Source: Polyangiaceae bacterium LLY-WYZ-15_(1-7) (GTDB lineage Bacteria > Myxococcota_A > Polyangia > Polyangiales > Houyiibacteriaceae). From it: 64,000 nt of DNA. The stretch spans positions 15,101-79,100 of the forward strand of contig DAPKRU010000144.1 in NCBI GenBank assembly GCA_031800675.1. The letters run 5' to 3'. The notes below the pieces were generated by a model that made no database searches, had not been told where the DNA came from, and worked only from the letters and a program-made list of their open reading frames with translations. This document shows, in pieces, positions 31,429-41,100 of this stretch; the first letter of the stretch is position 1; each line of letters starts with the position of its first letter. A program made the position numbers and the translations under genes.

Positions 31429-31770
31429 TCAATCGAAGCGCTTGCGACTACGCTCGGACTTCACGACAAGCCAACACAAGGCACTCTGAAACAAGGCGCC
31501 AGCACAAAACAACACCCTGCCCATCCCCTCCGCAGACTCGGTCTGAAAGAACATCACAGACAACGCCACGAACGGGAACACCCCTATCCCGCGATACCGC
31601 TGAGGGAACCCATAGAAGAAGACCACCAGGATCGTCCCCCCGAGCATACCCTCCATGATCGCCACAGCCTCTTCCCCATCGCGAAACACCATCCCCAAGA
31701 ATAGCGACATAGATGCAACAAGAATCCCCACTGACACCCGCGCCCTGATCATACAATCCATTGCGATCAT
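31429..31770 (-). CDS. Small multi-TM protein, candidate cognate immunity protein of the teneurin-like toxin
   Basis: Starts 13 bp after the Rhs stop; 113 aa with about 4 hydrophobic segments; lower GC. Confidence 0.65.
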   Translation of the reverse strand: MIAMDCMIRARVSVGILVASMSLFLGMVFRDGEEAVAIMEGMLGGTILVVFFYGFPQRYRGIGVFPFVALSVMFFQTESAEGMGRVLFCAGALFQSALCWLVVKSERSRKRFD

Positions 31771-31783
31771 TACCTATGCAAGC

Positions 31784-34700
31784 CTATCTTGGGGTAGGAT
31801 TGTCGAATCGATACTTGCTGGAAGACACCCACCATGGAAGAGGGCGGGGTTCCATAGGGTCCGGGTAACCAACATCGGGCCGGCAGATCCCAAATCGCCC
31901 CCCAAAGCCGAACGTCTCGTAGTGCTCCGGATATCTGACAGGGAGCGGAGCCTTCGCGCCATCGGCTTGCTCCAAGTCTACCGAGCCCACGTGCTCGCTC
32001 AGCCCGCCCGCCACCAGTCCGCCCATCGCGCCCACAGCGGCAGCACCCATCAATCGTTGCCCTGCCTCCTTCGCGCCGAGCGACGCCCCCGCCGTGCCTC
32101 CGACGGCCGCTGGCAAGAAGTAGCCAACCGTCCCAGTAACGACACCGGCTGTGACTGCATTGATTGCATGGCGACCGTAGTCAGGTGTTCTGTTCGACAC
32201 CAAGTCGTTCATCACTCCGAAAGCAAAAGTCGTCACCGCTGCCGCAAGACCAGCAACGATGAACCACGGAATACGACCGTCAATGTCAACGTAGTCGATC
32301 GGCCGACTCAAGGCGTACTCGTACAGGTTCGCCTGAGCGCCCGCGAACCCGATCGGGTCCTTCGCGGTCCACCGACCCAGGTGCGGGTCGTAGTCGCGGG
32401 CGCCGAAGCGGATGAGGCCCGTGGCGCGGTCGTGGAGGCCGCCGGCGAAGCGGAAGGGCTGGTCGAAGCCGCTCGCGCGGGTCTCGTTCTCGATGACGCC
32501 GAAGGGGGAGTAGTCGAGGGACTGCATCACCTGACCGGTGTCGACGTCCACGACGCGGCGGACGCTGCCCACCTGATCGGTGACGACGCGCAGCACGGTG
32601 CCAGCCGGCTCGAGCACGATGAGGTCCGGCACGTGCGGCAGGGTGCCGTAGATGAAGCGCTTCGTGAGCTTGCCGGTCCCATCGAACTCGGCGATGGGGT
32701 TGAGCCCGTCCTGATAGGCCCAGAGCCGATCGAAGGCCCCGTCCACGAGCCGCGCGACCCGGCGCCCACGGGCGTCGACGAGGTAGCTGATGACCTCGCC
32801 CGAGGGGAGCTGCACCCGCCGGAGATGCCCGAGCGCGTCGTACTCGTACTCGGTGACCGCCCCGCCCTCGATGCGCCGCTCGAGCTGGCCGGCGTCGTCG
32901 TACGCGTACCGCACGCTCCCGGCGCGCAGCAGCCGGTCCTGCTCGTCCACGTCGGCGCAGTCACTCGCGCAGACGTCCCAGGGGAGCTGCCAAGCCACCC
33001 GGTTGCCGTTCTCGTCGTACTCGTAGTGGTAGCGCGGCGAGGTCGAGGCCCCGACGAAGACATCCGTCAGCCGACCCCGCGCGTCGTAGGCGAAGCGAAG
33101 CGCCTCGCTCCCCGTGGTCGTCTCCGTGCGCTCGACGATGCGCCCCGCGCGGTCGAAGTCATAGTCGAAGGCCAGCCGGCCGCCGGGCCAGCTCGTGTCG
33201 ACCAGGTCCGGCTCCCCGAAGGCCGTGCGGCTGATCGTCGTGGCGACCTCCCCGACCTCGGCCCGCTCCAGCATCCCGGTCTCCGGGTTCGGTGTGAGCG
33301 CCAGCGGGCCAGCCTCGGTCAGGAGCCCGTCGGCGTCGTAGGCGTACTCGGCGTGGGTGCTTCCGTCGACGCGGATGCGCCGGAGCCGAAGATCCTCGTT
33401 CGAGTCGTGCTCGAACGCGACGCTCCACCCGAACCCACCGAAGTCGGTCTCCTCTTCCGTGAGGAGCGGGCCGTCGTAGTCGTAGCGGTTGGTGATGGCG
33501 GACACGATCAGCCCGGACGCCTGCGGCATCGTCGCGGAGCGTAGCTGACCGGTGTCCGGGCCGCCCCCGGGAGGTACGTAGCCGTAGGTCAGCGAGCCGA
33601 GGTCCGTGACGTCGACCCGCTGGATGCGACCCGTGTGCTCGTCGTAGTGCGGGAAGAGATCGCGGCCGTCCGGTCGCTCCACTCGAGCCAGCTCACCCCG
33701 GTCGGCGCCCGGAGCCCACCGGGTGGGCGTCTCCACGGAGGCGCCGCTCGAGGCGTCGGTGTAGGCGGGCGGCTCGTAGCGCTCGAGCGCCTCCCCCTGG
33801 GAGTAACTCATCCGGTGTGGGTCGCGCCCGGGAGGAGTGACGGCGTCGACGTGACCCATGACGTCGTAGCCGAGCTCGGTGGTGGCGCCGCCCTGCGAGA
33901 GGGAGTCGACCCGGCCGAGCGGGTCGTAGCCGAAGGACGCCGCGCGCGTCTCGCCATCCGAGGCGGGCTGGCTCCACGACTGCAGCCAGCCGAGGTCGGC
34001 GCCCCCGGCGCCCGTGTAGGCGTAGTCGATGCGACGCACCTGGGAGGGATCGCTCAGGATGGGCTCCCCCGCGGCGTCGGTAGGCGCCTGGATGACGGCC
34101 GTGACGCGACCGCGCCCGTCGTAGCGGGTCACGGTGGGGTGGAAGAGCGGCGCCCCCGACTCGTCGACCAGCGCGCTCCACACGGGCCGTCCGTCGGCGT
34201 CGAGGCGCGTGAGGCTCCGGCGGCCCCCCGCCGAGAGAGCCTCGAAGGTCGCGCTCCCGTCGGCGGCGCGGACCCAGCGCGACTCGCCCACGAAGCGCCG
34301 CGCGTCGCCCTCGGGGAGGTGCGCGTTTCGCGTCGTCGTGACGACCCGCTCGCGGGCGCGCCAGTCGGTGTCGCTCCTCGGGATCGCCTGCACGTCCGTG
34401 GCGACGGCGTTCCGCCGCCCGCTCGGCAGACGGACCTCGCCCTCGGCCACGTGGGAGGCGCCCCATCCGAGGAGCGGATCCGGGCTGTAGCGGCGCTCGA
34501 CCGAGGTCCCGTCCGGCGAGGTCGTGACGAGCTCGCTCAGAGCGCCCGCCTCGTAGGTCTCGATGGCGACGCTCTCGAGATCGTCGGAGGGGTCGGCCGG
34601 GTCGTTCACCTGACGGACGCGGCGCTCGCGGCGGCCGTCGCGACGGGCGAGGACCTCGTGCTCCACGGCCCGGCCGCCGTTGGTCTCGAGGCGAACGGTG

Positions 34701-37700
34701 CGGCGCACGTACGTGCTCGTCCGCTCGTCCTCCTGGGAGATGCTCCAGGCGTAGCCGGAGCCGGTGGCGAGATCGCCCTCCAGGCGACCGAGCTCGTCGT
34801 AGCTCATCTCGTGACGCTGCCCTCGCCGATCGACGTAGGCGTCGAGGAGGCCGTCGGGACGGAGCTCGAAGATGGAGCGAGCCCCGTCGGGGTCGCCCGA
34901 GTAGGCGACGTCGTTCACCCAGCCGGCGAGCTCACCGCTCGCGTGCAGGCGGACGAGAGTGGCGGGCCCGAAGGGAGGCGTGAAGGTGACGAGCGCGTCG
35001 CTCGGGTAGGCGACGTCGACGACGTTTCCATCGGCGTCGGTCAGCCGGCTGAGGCGGCCCTCGGCGTCGTAGTCGAGCTCGAGGAGCGGCTCGCCGGTGA
35101 TGGCGTCCAGCGTGCGGATGTGCCGCCCGTCGGCGTCGAACTGGTGGGCCTGGGCCCCGTCGATGATGAGGCGCTCCTCGAGGAAGAGGTCCCTCCCGCG
35201 AACGCGCGCGACGTGGTAGCGACGCTCCCCGGCCTCGGTGTCCTGCAGGTAGAAGATGCCATAGACGTTGCCTTCGGGCCCGAGGGCCAGGCCGCGGCTG
35301 TCGCCGAAAGAGAGGACACGCGCCTGGTCGGCCGGGATCGAGTCGAAGAAGGCGTCGACGGCGCCGCCCCCCGCGAGCAGGCTGAGCCGGTCGTCCGGCT
35401 CGATCCGCCAGATGGTCGCCTCACCCGAGGAGCGGTCCACGCGCACGAAGACGAGTCGGCCGGAGGCGTCGACCTCCATGTCGGAGATCACGCCACCGCG
35501 ACTCAGGCTCTGAGCAGGAGCGCCATGGCCCGCGCTCGGATCCGGGGCGCTGCCGGTGACCGAGTAGAGGAGCCCATCCGCAGAGAGCCGGAGGATGCGC
35601 CCGTCGAGGTCGAAGGCGATGTCACAGGCGGAGATGACCGCGACGGTGCCGATGTCGTTGGCGTCCAGGACGACCGCGCGCGGATCGGTGCCTTCGACGA
35701 AGAGGTCAGGGTCCAGCATGGGCGCAGGCATCTCCGGGGTACCCGTATCGGGATCGGCAGGCTGCGGCTGCCCTCCGCCCACCCACGTCTCCAAGCGACC
35801 GTCCGGGAGGATGGCGCGGATGCGTCCGTAGAGCGCGTCGACGAAGACCACCGTCCCGTCGGCCATGACGCTCAGCTTGGTCGGCCTCACGTTCGTGTCG
35901 ACGGCCGGCAACCCCTCACGGGCTTCTTCCTCCGTGGCGCGGTCGTCGACTGCCGCCCTCCCGACCCCAGCGAGAGTGTGGATGCGCCCATCGGGATCGA
36001 CGCGACGGATCCAATGCTGCTCGGCGATGTAGAGCGAGCCGTCCGGCCCAAAAGCCACGTCGCGGATCGTCCTATGGAGCGGCACCTCCGTGGCCAGCGC
36101 ACCGTCATCCGCGGGGTGTCCGTCCGGACGGATGAAGTAGCTCCCGTCGCCGGCCACACGGGTCAGCGTGCCGTCGACCTCGAGTCGGAACACACCCGTT
36201 TGCCCCGAGGGGCAGCCCCCGGCGTCGATCACGACGACGGGCCGACCCGCCGGATCCACGGCCATCGCCCGAATCGACGTCATGCAAGCGTCCCGGGCGT
36301 CCGTTCCGCTGGGCTGGAGCACCTCTCCACCAGCCCGGCTGGCGATGATCGTGTCGACGCGGAGCCCGCCGGCGCGGGTGTACTGCGTGCCGTCGCCGCG
36401 GAGGAGCATGGCCCCGCCCTCGGCTACCGCGTGCTGTGCGGTGAGCGTGAGGCCGCCCAGCTGCTGCTCCGCGCGCGCGTCGTAGGAGCCGAAGACGCGC
36501 TCGGTGATCAACGTCCGGCAGAGACGCGCCGTAGAGTTGGAGCGATCGATCTCCGGCCTCTGCATCGAGATGACGCCGCGTTGTCCGAACGAGGCCGACC
36601 CGCCGACGCTCGTGACGTTTCGAACGATTGCACGCGGAGCGGGCACCGCCGGGTAGACGTGACAGACCTCCACGCGCGCTGGAACGGGCCGCGTCACGGG
36701 CTGGCCCCGCCAGTCGAGGCCATCCCACTCGAAGTCGACGAGGCGACGGTTCGGGTCGTCCGGGTCGGGCTGGGCGTGAGCACCGGTGAAGTAGAAGGCG
36801 CGGCCGGCGACTTCGATCTTCATCTGGGTACGAAGGCGGCTTTCGGGCGGCCCATCCGGGCCGTCGTCGGTGAGGACGAAGCGCATGTGGCGCAACTCCT
36901 CGTGCCCGGGGACGCGGTCCGACTGGTATCGAAGGCCCAGATTCGTGCCGAGGATGGGGAGCTCCTCGGCCACGGTGCGATTCTCGCACTGGATGAGCGA
37001 GCCGGCGCGCTCACACGGCGCGTCCTCGGGCCCCGGCTCCGCGGCGAGCTCCGGCGGCTCCTCGGCGTCCGGCGTGGGGACGCCCGGCCAGTTGTGATCC
37101 CAGGGCGTGAAATGCCGGATGGGGACACGCCAGAGCGTGGACGCCGGATAGCGGGTGGCCAGCACGCCGCGCTCTTCGGCGTCGATGCCGAAGGCGTCGA
37201 GCTCCGGGATGCTCTCCGGGCTCCCGTCCCCGTCGATGTCGATGGAGCCATCGAAGAACACCTCGATGACGCGCCCATCGCGGTCGGCCTTCCAGGCCCC
37301 TTCGAGCCGATCGTACCAGCCGGTGGGAACGGCGGCGCCCACCGGGAAGCCGAGGAAGTTGTCGAGATAGAAAGGCAGAGCCCGGTCGAAGTCAACGCGG
37401 GTGGCGCCGGCGGAGACGGCCTCGTCGAGGCTGAGCTCGACGGCGTAGGTGTACATGATCTGGCATGGCATCGAGCCGGGCATGGCCTGGGGCCCGAGGG
37501 CGCCGACCGTCAGCTCGGTGGCCCGAACGGTCGCGCTCGCCAGCGGCACGATGCTGCCATCCGGCAACGTCATCTCACCGGAGACGCCCGAGGGGAAGAG
37601 CAAGCGGGCGGTCCGCGTTCCGTCCTCGTCCGTGATCTGGCTCGCGGTGTGGACCGTGGGCGCGGACGCGCTTCCGTCCAGGGTGACGGTGGTCGCCGCG

Positions 37701-39055
37701 TCGTCGTAGGGCGTCATCACCACCGTCGGGACCCGCACATGATCGTTGTGGGGCAGGGTCACCGTCCGCTGCACCTCGGGGTGGCCATCGCGCTGGAACG
37801 AGACGTGCGCCCCCCCGCCTCCGTTGACGACGAGGTCCCACTTGCCGTCGGCCCGCGTGTAGGCGTGGCCGAACTCCGGGTGGCCGACGATCGAGACGCG
37901 GACGCCTCCCATGGGTCCATCGGTCAGGGCGTGCACCTCGCCGTAGAGGCGGGTGGCTCGGGCGGGATCGATGGTCCCCGGAGTGACACCGCGCTGGTAG
38001 GCGCCCGGACCCTCGTGCAGGAAGGCCACGGAGTCCGCGAAGGACGCCACCCCGCCTGGCGGGCCGACGGGGGCCGAGGGATACGGGTCTGCGGGGCAGG
38101 TCGCGCTGACGATGGTCTCCGCGACGACCTCGCCGGCGACGCAGCGGTCGCCGGTGGTGCAGGGGTTGCCGTCATCGACGAAGCCCTCGTCGATGGACCC
38201 ATTGCAGTTGTCGTCGACGCCGTCGCAGTCGTTGTCGGGCTGGTTCTCGAAGGCCTCCTCCTCGTGGTCCTGGCGGCCGTCGCAGTCGCCATCGATGCCG
38301 TCGCAGACGGTGTCCTCTTCCTGCCACTTGGGGCCCGGCTCGCACGTCTGGACGTAGTCGCCGTCGACGCAGAGCAGCTGGCCCTCCGACGCGCAGACGC
38401 CCTCACCGCAGTGGGTCTCGGGAGCGACGTAGGCCTCGTCGATGGCGCCGTCGCAGTCGTCGTCGCGTCCGTTGCAGGAGAGCTCCGTGCCGCTGCCGTG
38501 CTCGTCGATGCGGCCGTCGCAATCCTCGTCGCGCCCATTGCAGGTCGTGTCGTCACCGGCGGGCGCGCAGCCGCCGAAGTCGTCGGTGGTGATGGTGATG
38601 ATCGGCGAGTCGCTGGCGAGACACTCGGAGAGATCGCCGATGTTGTCCGTCGTGTTCGGGTTGCAGGGCGACGAGCCGCTGAAGATGTCCTGGTCGAAGG
38701 CGTAGACGCTGTCGCCGTTCTCGCGACGCGCCTGAACCCGGACCACGTAGCCGCTGCGCCCCCGGGCACGCCAATAGTCCGAGCGGATGCTCCGCTTCAG
38801 GTTCCAGTAGTACCAGTCGCGGCCGGCCCAGCGAACGGTTCGGGTGCTGTTGGTGCGGGTCTGCCCGAGGTCTCTCCAGGAGGTGTCGCTGGTCGTCCAG
38901 GTCCTCACGGTGACGAGCTCGTTGGGCTTGTCGGTGAGGCCCTCGAAGGTGATGGTGCTCGACCGGGTCCCGACCGCTTCGAGGTCGTGCGGGCTGGTCA
39001 TGCAGCCGGCCGTGAAGACGGCGACGGCGAGTAGAATCTGGTGGACGCGGTTCAT
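31784..39055 (-). CDS. Teneurin-like NHL/YD-Rhs repeat protein with lipoprotein signal and variable C-terminal cargo
   Basis: MNRVHQILLAVAVFTAG-C; CNGxDDDCDGxIDE repeats; carboxypeptidase-regulatory-like/Ig segment; NHL blades; many YD repeats; Rhs core FRFAGGLHDRATGLIRFGARDYDPHLGRWTAKDPIGFAG..NLYEY..PIDYVDIDG; GC falls in the C-terminal part. Confidence 0.92.
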   Translation of the reverse strand: MNRVHQILLAVAVFTAGCMTSPHDLEAVGTRSSTITFEGLTDKPNELVTVRTWTTSDTSWRDLGQTRTNSTRTVRWAGRDWYYWNLKRSIRSDYWRARGRSGYVVRVQARRENGDSVYAFDQDIFSGSSPCNPNTTDNIGDLSECLASDSPIITITTDDFGGCAPAGDDTTCNGRDEDCDGRIDEHGSGTELSCNGRDDDCDGAIDEAYVAPETHCGEGVCASEGQLLCVDGDYVQTCEPGPKWQEEDTVCDGIDGDCDGRQDHEEEAFENQPDNDCDGVDDNCNGSIDEGFVDDGNPCTTGDRCVAGEVVAETIVSATCPADPYPSAPVGPPGGVASFADSVAFLHEGPGAYQRGVTPGTIDPARATRLYGEVHALTDGPMGGVRVSIVGHPEFGHAYTRADGKWDLVVNGGGGAHVSFQRDGHPEVQRTVTLPHNDHVRVPTVVMTPYDDAATTVTLDGSASAPTVHTASQITDEDGTRTARLLFPSGVSGEMTLPDGSIVPLASATVRATELTVGALGPQAMPGSMPCQIMYTYAVELSLDEAVSAGATRVDFDRALPFYLDNFLGFPVGAAVPTGWYDRLEGAWKADRDGRVIEVFFDGSIDIDGDGSPESIPELDAFGIDAEERGVLATRYPASTLWRVPIRHFTPWDHNWPGVPTPDAEEPPELAAEPGPEDAPCERAGSLIQCENRTVAEELPILGTNLGLRYQSDRVPGHEELRHMRFVLTDDGPDGPPESRLRTQMKIEVAGRAFYFTGAHAQPDPDDPNRRLVDFEWDGLDWRGQPVTRPVPARVEVCHVYPAVPAPRAIVRNVTSVGGSASFGQRGVISMQRPEIDRSNSTARLCRTLITERVFGSYDARAEQQLGGLTLTAQHAVAEGGAMLLRGDGTQYTRAGGLRVDTIIASRAGGEVLQPSGTDARDACMTSIRAMAVDPAGRPVVVIDAGGCPSGQTGVFRLEVDGTLTRVAGDGSYFIRPDGHPADDGALATEVPLHRTIRDVAFGPDGSLYIAEQHWIRRVDPDGRIHTLAGVGRAAVDDRATEEEAREGLPAVDTNVRPTKLSVMADGTVVFVDALYGRIRAILPDGRLETWVGGGQPQPADPDTGTPEMPAPMLDPDLFVEGTDPRAVVLDANDIGTVAVISACDIAFDLDGRILRLSADGLLYSVTGSAPDPSAGHGAPAQSLSRGGVISDMEVDASGRLVFVRVDRSSGEATIWRIEPDDRLSLLAGGGAVDAFFDSIPADQARVLSFGDSRGLALGPEGNVYGIFYLQDTEAGERRYHVARVRGRDLFLEERLIIDGAQAHQFDADGRHIRTLDAITGEPLLELDYDAEGRLSRLTDADGNVVDVAYPSDALVTFTPPFGPATLVRLHASGELAGWVNDVAYSGDPDGARSIFELRPDGLLDAYVDRRGQRHEMSYDELGRLEGDLATGSGYAWSISQEDERTSTYVRRTVRLETNGGRAVEHEVLARRDGRRERRVRQVNDPADPSDDLESVAIETYEAGALSELVTTSPDGTSVERRYSPDPLLGWGASHVAEGEVRLPSGRRNAVATDVQAIPRSDTDWRARERVVTTTRNAHLPEGDARRFVGESRWVRAADGSATFEALSAGGRRSLTRLDADGRPVWSALVDESGAPLFHPTVTRYDGRGRVTAVIQAPTDAAGEPILSDPSQVRRIDYAYTGAGGADLGWLQSWSQPASDGETRAASFGYDPLGRVDSLSQGGATTELGYDVMGHVDAVTPPGRDPHRMSYSQGEALERYEPPAYTDASSGASVETPTRWAPGADRGELARVERPDGRDLFPHYDEHTGRIQRVDVTDLGSLTYGYVPPGGGPDTGQLRSATMPQASGLIVSAITNRYDYDGPLLTEEETDFGGFGWSVAFEHDSNEDLRLRRIRVDGSTHAEYAYDADGLLTEAGPLALTPNPETGMLERAEVGEVATTISRTAFGEPDLVDTSWPGGRLAFDYDFDRAGRIVERTETTTGSEALRFAYDARGRLTDVFVGASTSPRYHYEYDENGNRVAWQLPWDVCASDCADVDEQDRLLRAGSVRYAYDDAGQLERRIEGGAVTEYEYDALGHLRRVQLPSGEVISYLVDARGRRVARLVDGAFDRLWAYQDGLNPIAEFDGTGKLTKRFIYGTLPHVPDLIVLEPAGTVLRVVTDQVGSVRRVVDVDTGQVMQSLDYSPFGVIENETRASGFDQPFRFAGGLHDRATGLIRFGARDYDPHLGRWTAKDPIGFAGAQANLYEYALSRPIDYVDIDGRIPWFIVAGLAAAVTTFAFGVMNDLVSNRTPDYGRHAINAVTAGVVTGTVGYFLPAAVGGTAGASLGAKEAGQRLMGAAAVGAMGGLVAGGLSEHVGSVDLEQADGAKAPLPVRYPEHYETFGFGGRFGICRPDVGYPDPMEPRPLPWWVSSSKYRFDNPTPR

Positions 39056-39876
39056 CGCCAGGCCTCCTCGACGCACGCGCCGAAGGTCAGGAGCTCGTCC
39101 ATCTCCGGCTCGCAAGCGAGCGCCTCGAGGCACGGGCGGAGGGCGCGCAGGCGCGCGTTGGGGGGAGCGACCTCGTCGCAGCGCCTGGCGAGCTCGGCCG
39201 TCAGCCAGCTGGCATCGGCGTCGGGGCACTCGCGCGAGAAGCGCGCGCTCGCGCGCCGAGCGCGGCGTTCGCAGAGTCGCGATACGGGGGCTCGAGTCGC
39301 GAGGGCGACGTGGAAGGTGTCGCGTCGGATGCCGCGGAGACGGACGAAGTCCACGTCGGCGTGACAGGCCTCGACGTCCGGCTGGGTTTCCAGCTCCCGC
39401 CAGCGGCGGCCGTCGTGGACGACGAGGACACCGTCTTCGGGTGCCTCGGCCTCCGGCACCTCTTCGAGGGGCTCGAGGGAGAAGTCGAAGCCGGCTTGCC
39501 TCGGCAAGCGACCCTCGAGCACCTCCACCTCGTAGATGGGCCCGAGAAGAGAGAGGCCGAGGTCGTCGGGCGGGGCGTCGTCGCCCGCTCGGCCGACCCG
39601 GAGGCGAAGCTCCCGGCGGAGCGCGCGCGGCGCGACATGCACGGCGAGGCGACCGTCCGGGGACTCGACGACACCTCCGGCGAAGCCGAGCCGGGCTTCG
39701 GAAGAGCCGCTCGCGGCGGCCGCGTCGCCAAGCGGTGCGGAAGGTGCTCCGCTCGTCTCCGCTTCATCGCTGAGAGCCTGGCGCGCGCCGGAGACGACAG
39801 GGTCGCCTCGATCGCAACCCGACGCAGCGAGGGCTGCGAGGGTGAGGCCGAGAAGAAGGGGGGTGGGTCGAGTCAT
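39052..39876 (-). CDS. Lipoprotein with ZU5-like domain and Cys-rich C-terminus
   Basis: Lipobox ASG-C; GFAGGVVESPDGRLAVHVAPRAL..GPIYEV resembles bacterial ZU5 domains; 4-nt ATGA overlap with the Rhs gene. Confidence 0.7.
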   Translation of the reverse strand: MTRPTPLLLGLTLAALAASGCDRGDPVVSGARQALSDEAETSGAPSAPLGDAAAASGSSEARLGFAGGVVESPDGRLAVHVAPRALRRELRLRVGRAGDDAPPDDLGLSLLGPIYEVEVLEGRLPRQAGFDFSLEPLEEVPEAEAPEDGVLVVHDGRRWRELETQPDVEACHADVDFVRLRGIRRDTFHVALATRAPVSRLCERRARRASARFSRECPDADASWLTAELARRCDEVAPPNARLRALRPCLEALACEPEMDELLTFGACVEEAWR

Positions 39877-40376
39877 GGTCGCGCTCCACCGTCCGCGAGA
39901 CTGAGCGGACGGACTTCTCCCCAGCGCTCACCCCAAACGGGGTAACGCAAAGAGCGTACACTCGCGGTCGACTACAAACTTGATTCCCGCGACTCTTGGC
40001 ACGCCCTGGGGGAGTGATGACCGAGATAGCAGCTTCGACCAAGGTGTCCATGGTCGTATCCTGCTATGCGGCACATCTCGAGATCTTCCCCAATATTTTC
40101 GTGCATTTACTTGCGCGACGGGTCGGTGCTCATCCTCGCGAGCGACGAAGCTGGAGCGTCATGCCGCGTACGAGCTGGCAGCTTTCAGGCCTTTGAGTTC
40201 GGATCGACACGGACGAATCCGATGCAACTGATCGTCGACCGACCTTGTGAACGCAGATCACCCACGCATGGCCGTCGCCAAGGTGCGGAGGAAGCTCGTG
40301 TCGTCGCCGGAGAGACGACGCGCACGGGTTCGAACGCCCATGCCGAGGGCTCGGGCGCCGCGGGGAGCGAGTGGGC

Positions 40377-40670
40377 TCACTCGGAGCAGCTGCCGGCGGC
40401 GTCGAGGAGGGGGCCGACGACGATGTAGCGGGCGTTGCGGCTGGCGCACTGGCGGCAGACGGGGACGACGAGGGTCGCGCCCATGGGGCGGCCCCGGTAG
40501 TCGACCTTGCGCACCTTCACGCCCTGCTCGGCCTCGCCCTCGCAGCCGACGGAGGCGCACCAGCCCCGCATGCGATCCTCGGCGGGGGCGAGGGCGCGCC
40601 AGTGGGCGAGCCAGGTGCCGTGGGCACACGCCTGGGGAGCGTCGTCCGGGCGGTTGATCACGTACGGCAT
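40377..40670 (-). CDS. Small Cys-rich hypothetical protein (putative Zn-binding)
   Basis: CAHGTWLAHW, CASVGC, VVPVCRQC; high GC3. Confidence 0.7.
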   Translation of the reverse strand: MPYVINRPDDAPQACAHGTWLAHWRALAPAEDRMRGWCASVGCEGEAEQGVKVRKVDYRGRPMGATLVVPVCRQCASRNARYIVVGPLLDAAGSCSE

Positions 40671-41100
40671 GCCGGAAGCTGTAGCGAAAACGCCGCTCGC
40701 GCGCGCCCCTCGATGATGGGTACGAATGAGTATTCCTCCCCATGGGGGACGCTCGCTCGGCGCGCCTCCGCCAGCTCCTCGGGCACCGCCGGCCCGGTGC
40801 TCCAGCGGCGTGGCTCGAGGAAGGCTCGGACGTTTCGCGCGTCGCTCTCGGGCCCTCGGAGCACCGCGAGCACGTGGCCCCGGTGGTCGTGGGGCGCCGC
40901 GAGCGCGCCGGCCGCGGAGGGTCCCGGGGCTCGCCGCCCTGGGCCGGCCACACCCGGATGCGGGAGCCCTCTCCTGGGCGCACGACGTCCTCGGCCCCGA
41001 CGTCGGCGGAGTGGGAGCGGATCCGGAGAGGCACGTCCTCGCGATGCCCCGAGGCCGGCCTCGACGCGAGCGCGTCCGCCAATGCGCCCCTCGCGCTGGC

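Noticed and set aside
31784-39055. T6SS Rhs effector
   Set aside because: No PAAR domain, VgrG or EagR nearby; it has a lipoprotein signal and an NHL propeller instead.
39922-39980. c-di-GMP-I riboswitch-like string (ggggtaacgcaaag)
   Set aside because: It is on the wrong strand for the adjacent operon and lacks the GCAAA/GNRA P2 features.
39996-40012. TGGCAC as a sigma54 promoter
   Set aside because: No -12 TGC element at the required spacing and no + strand gene downstream.
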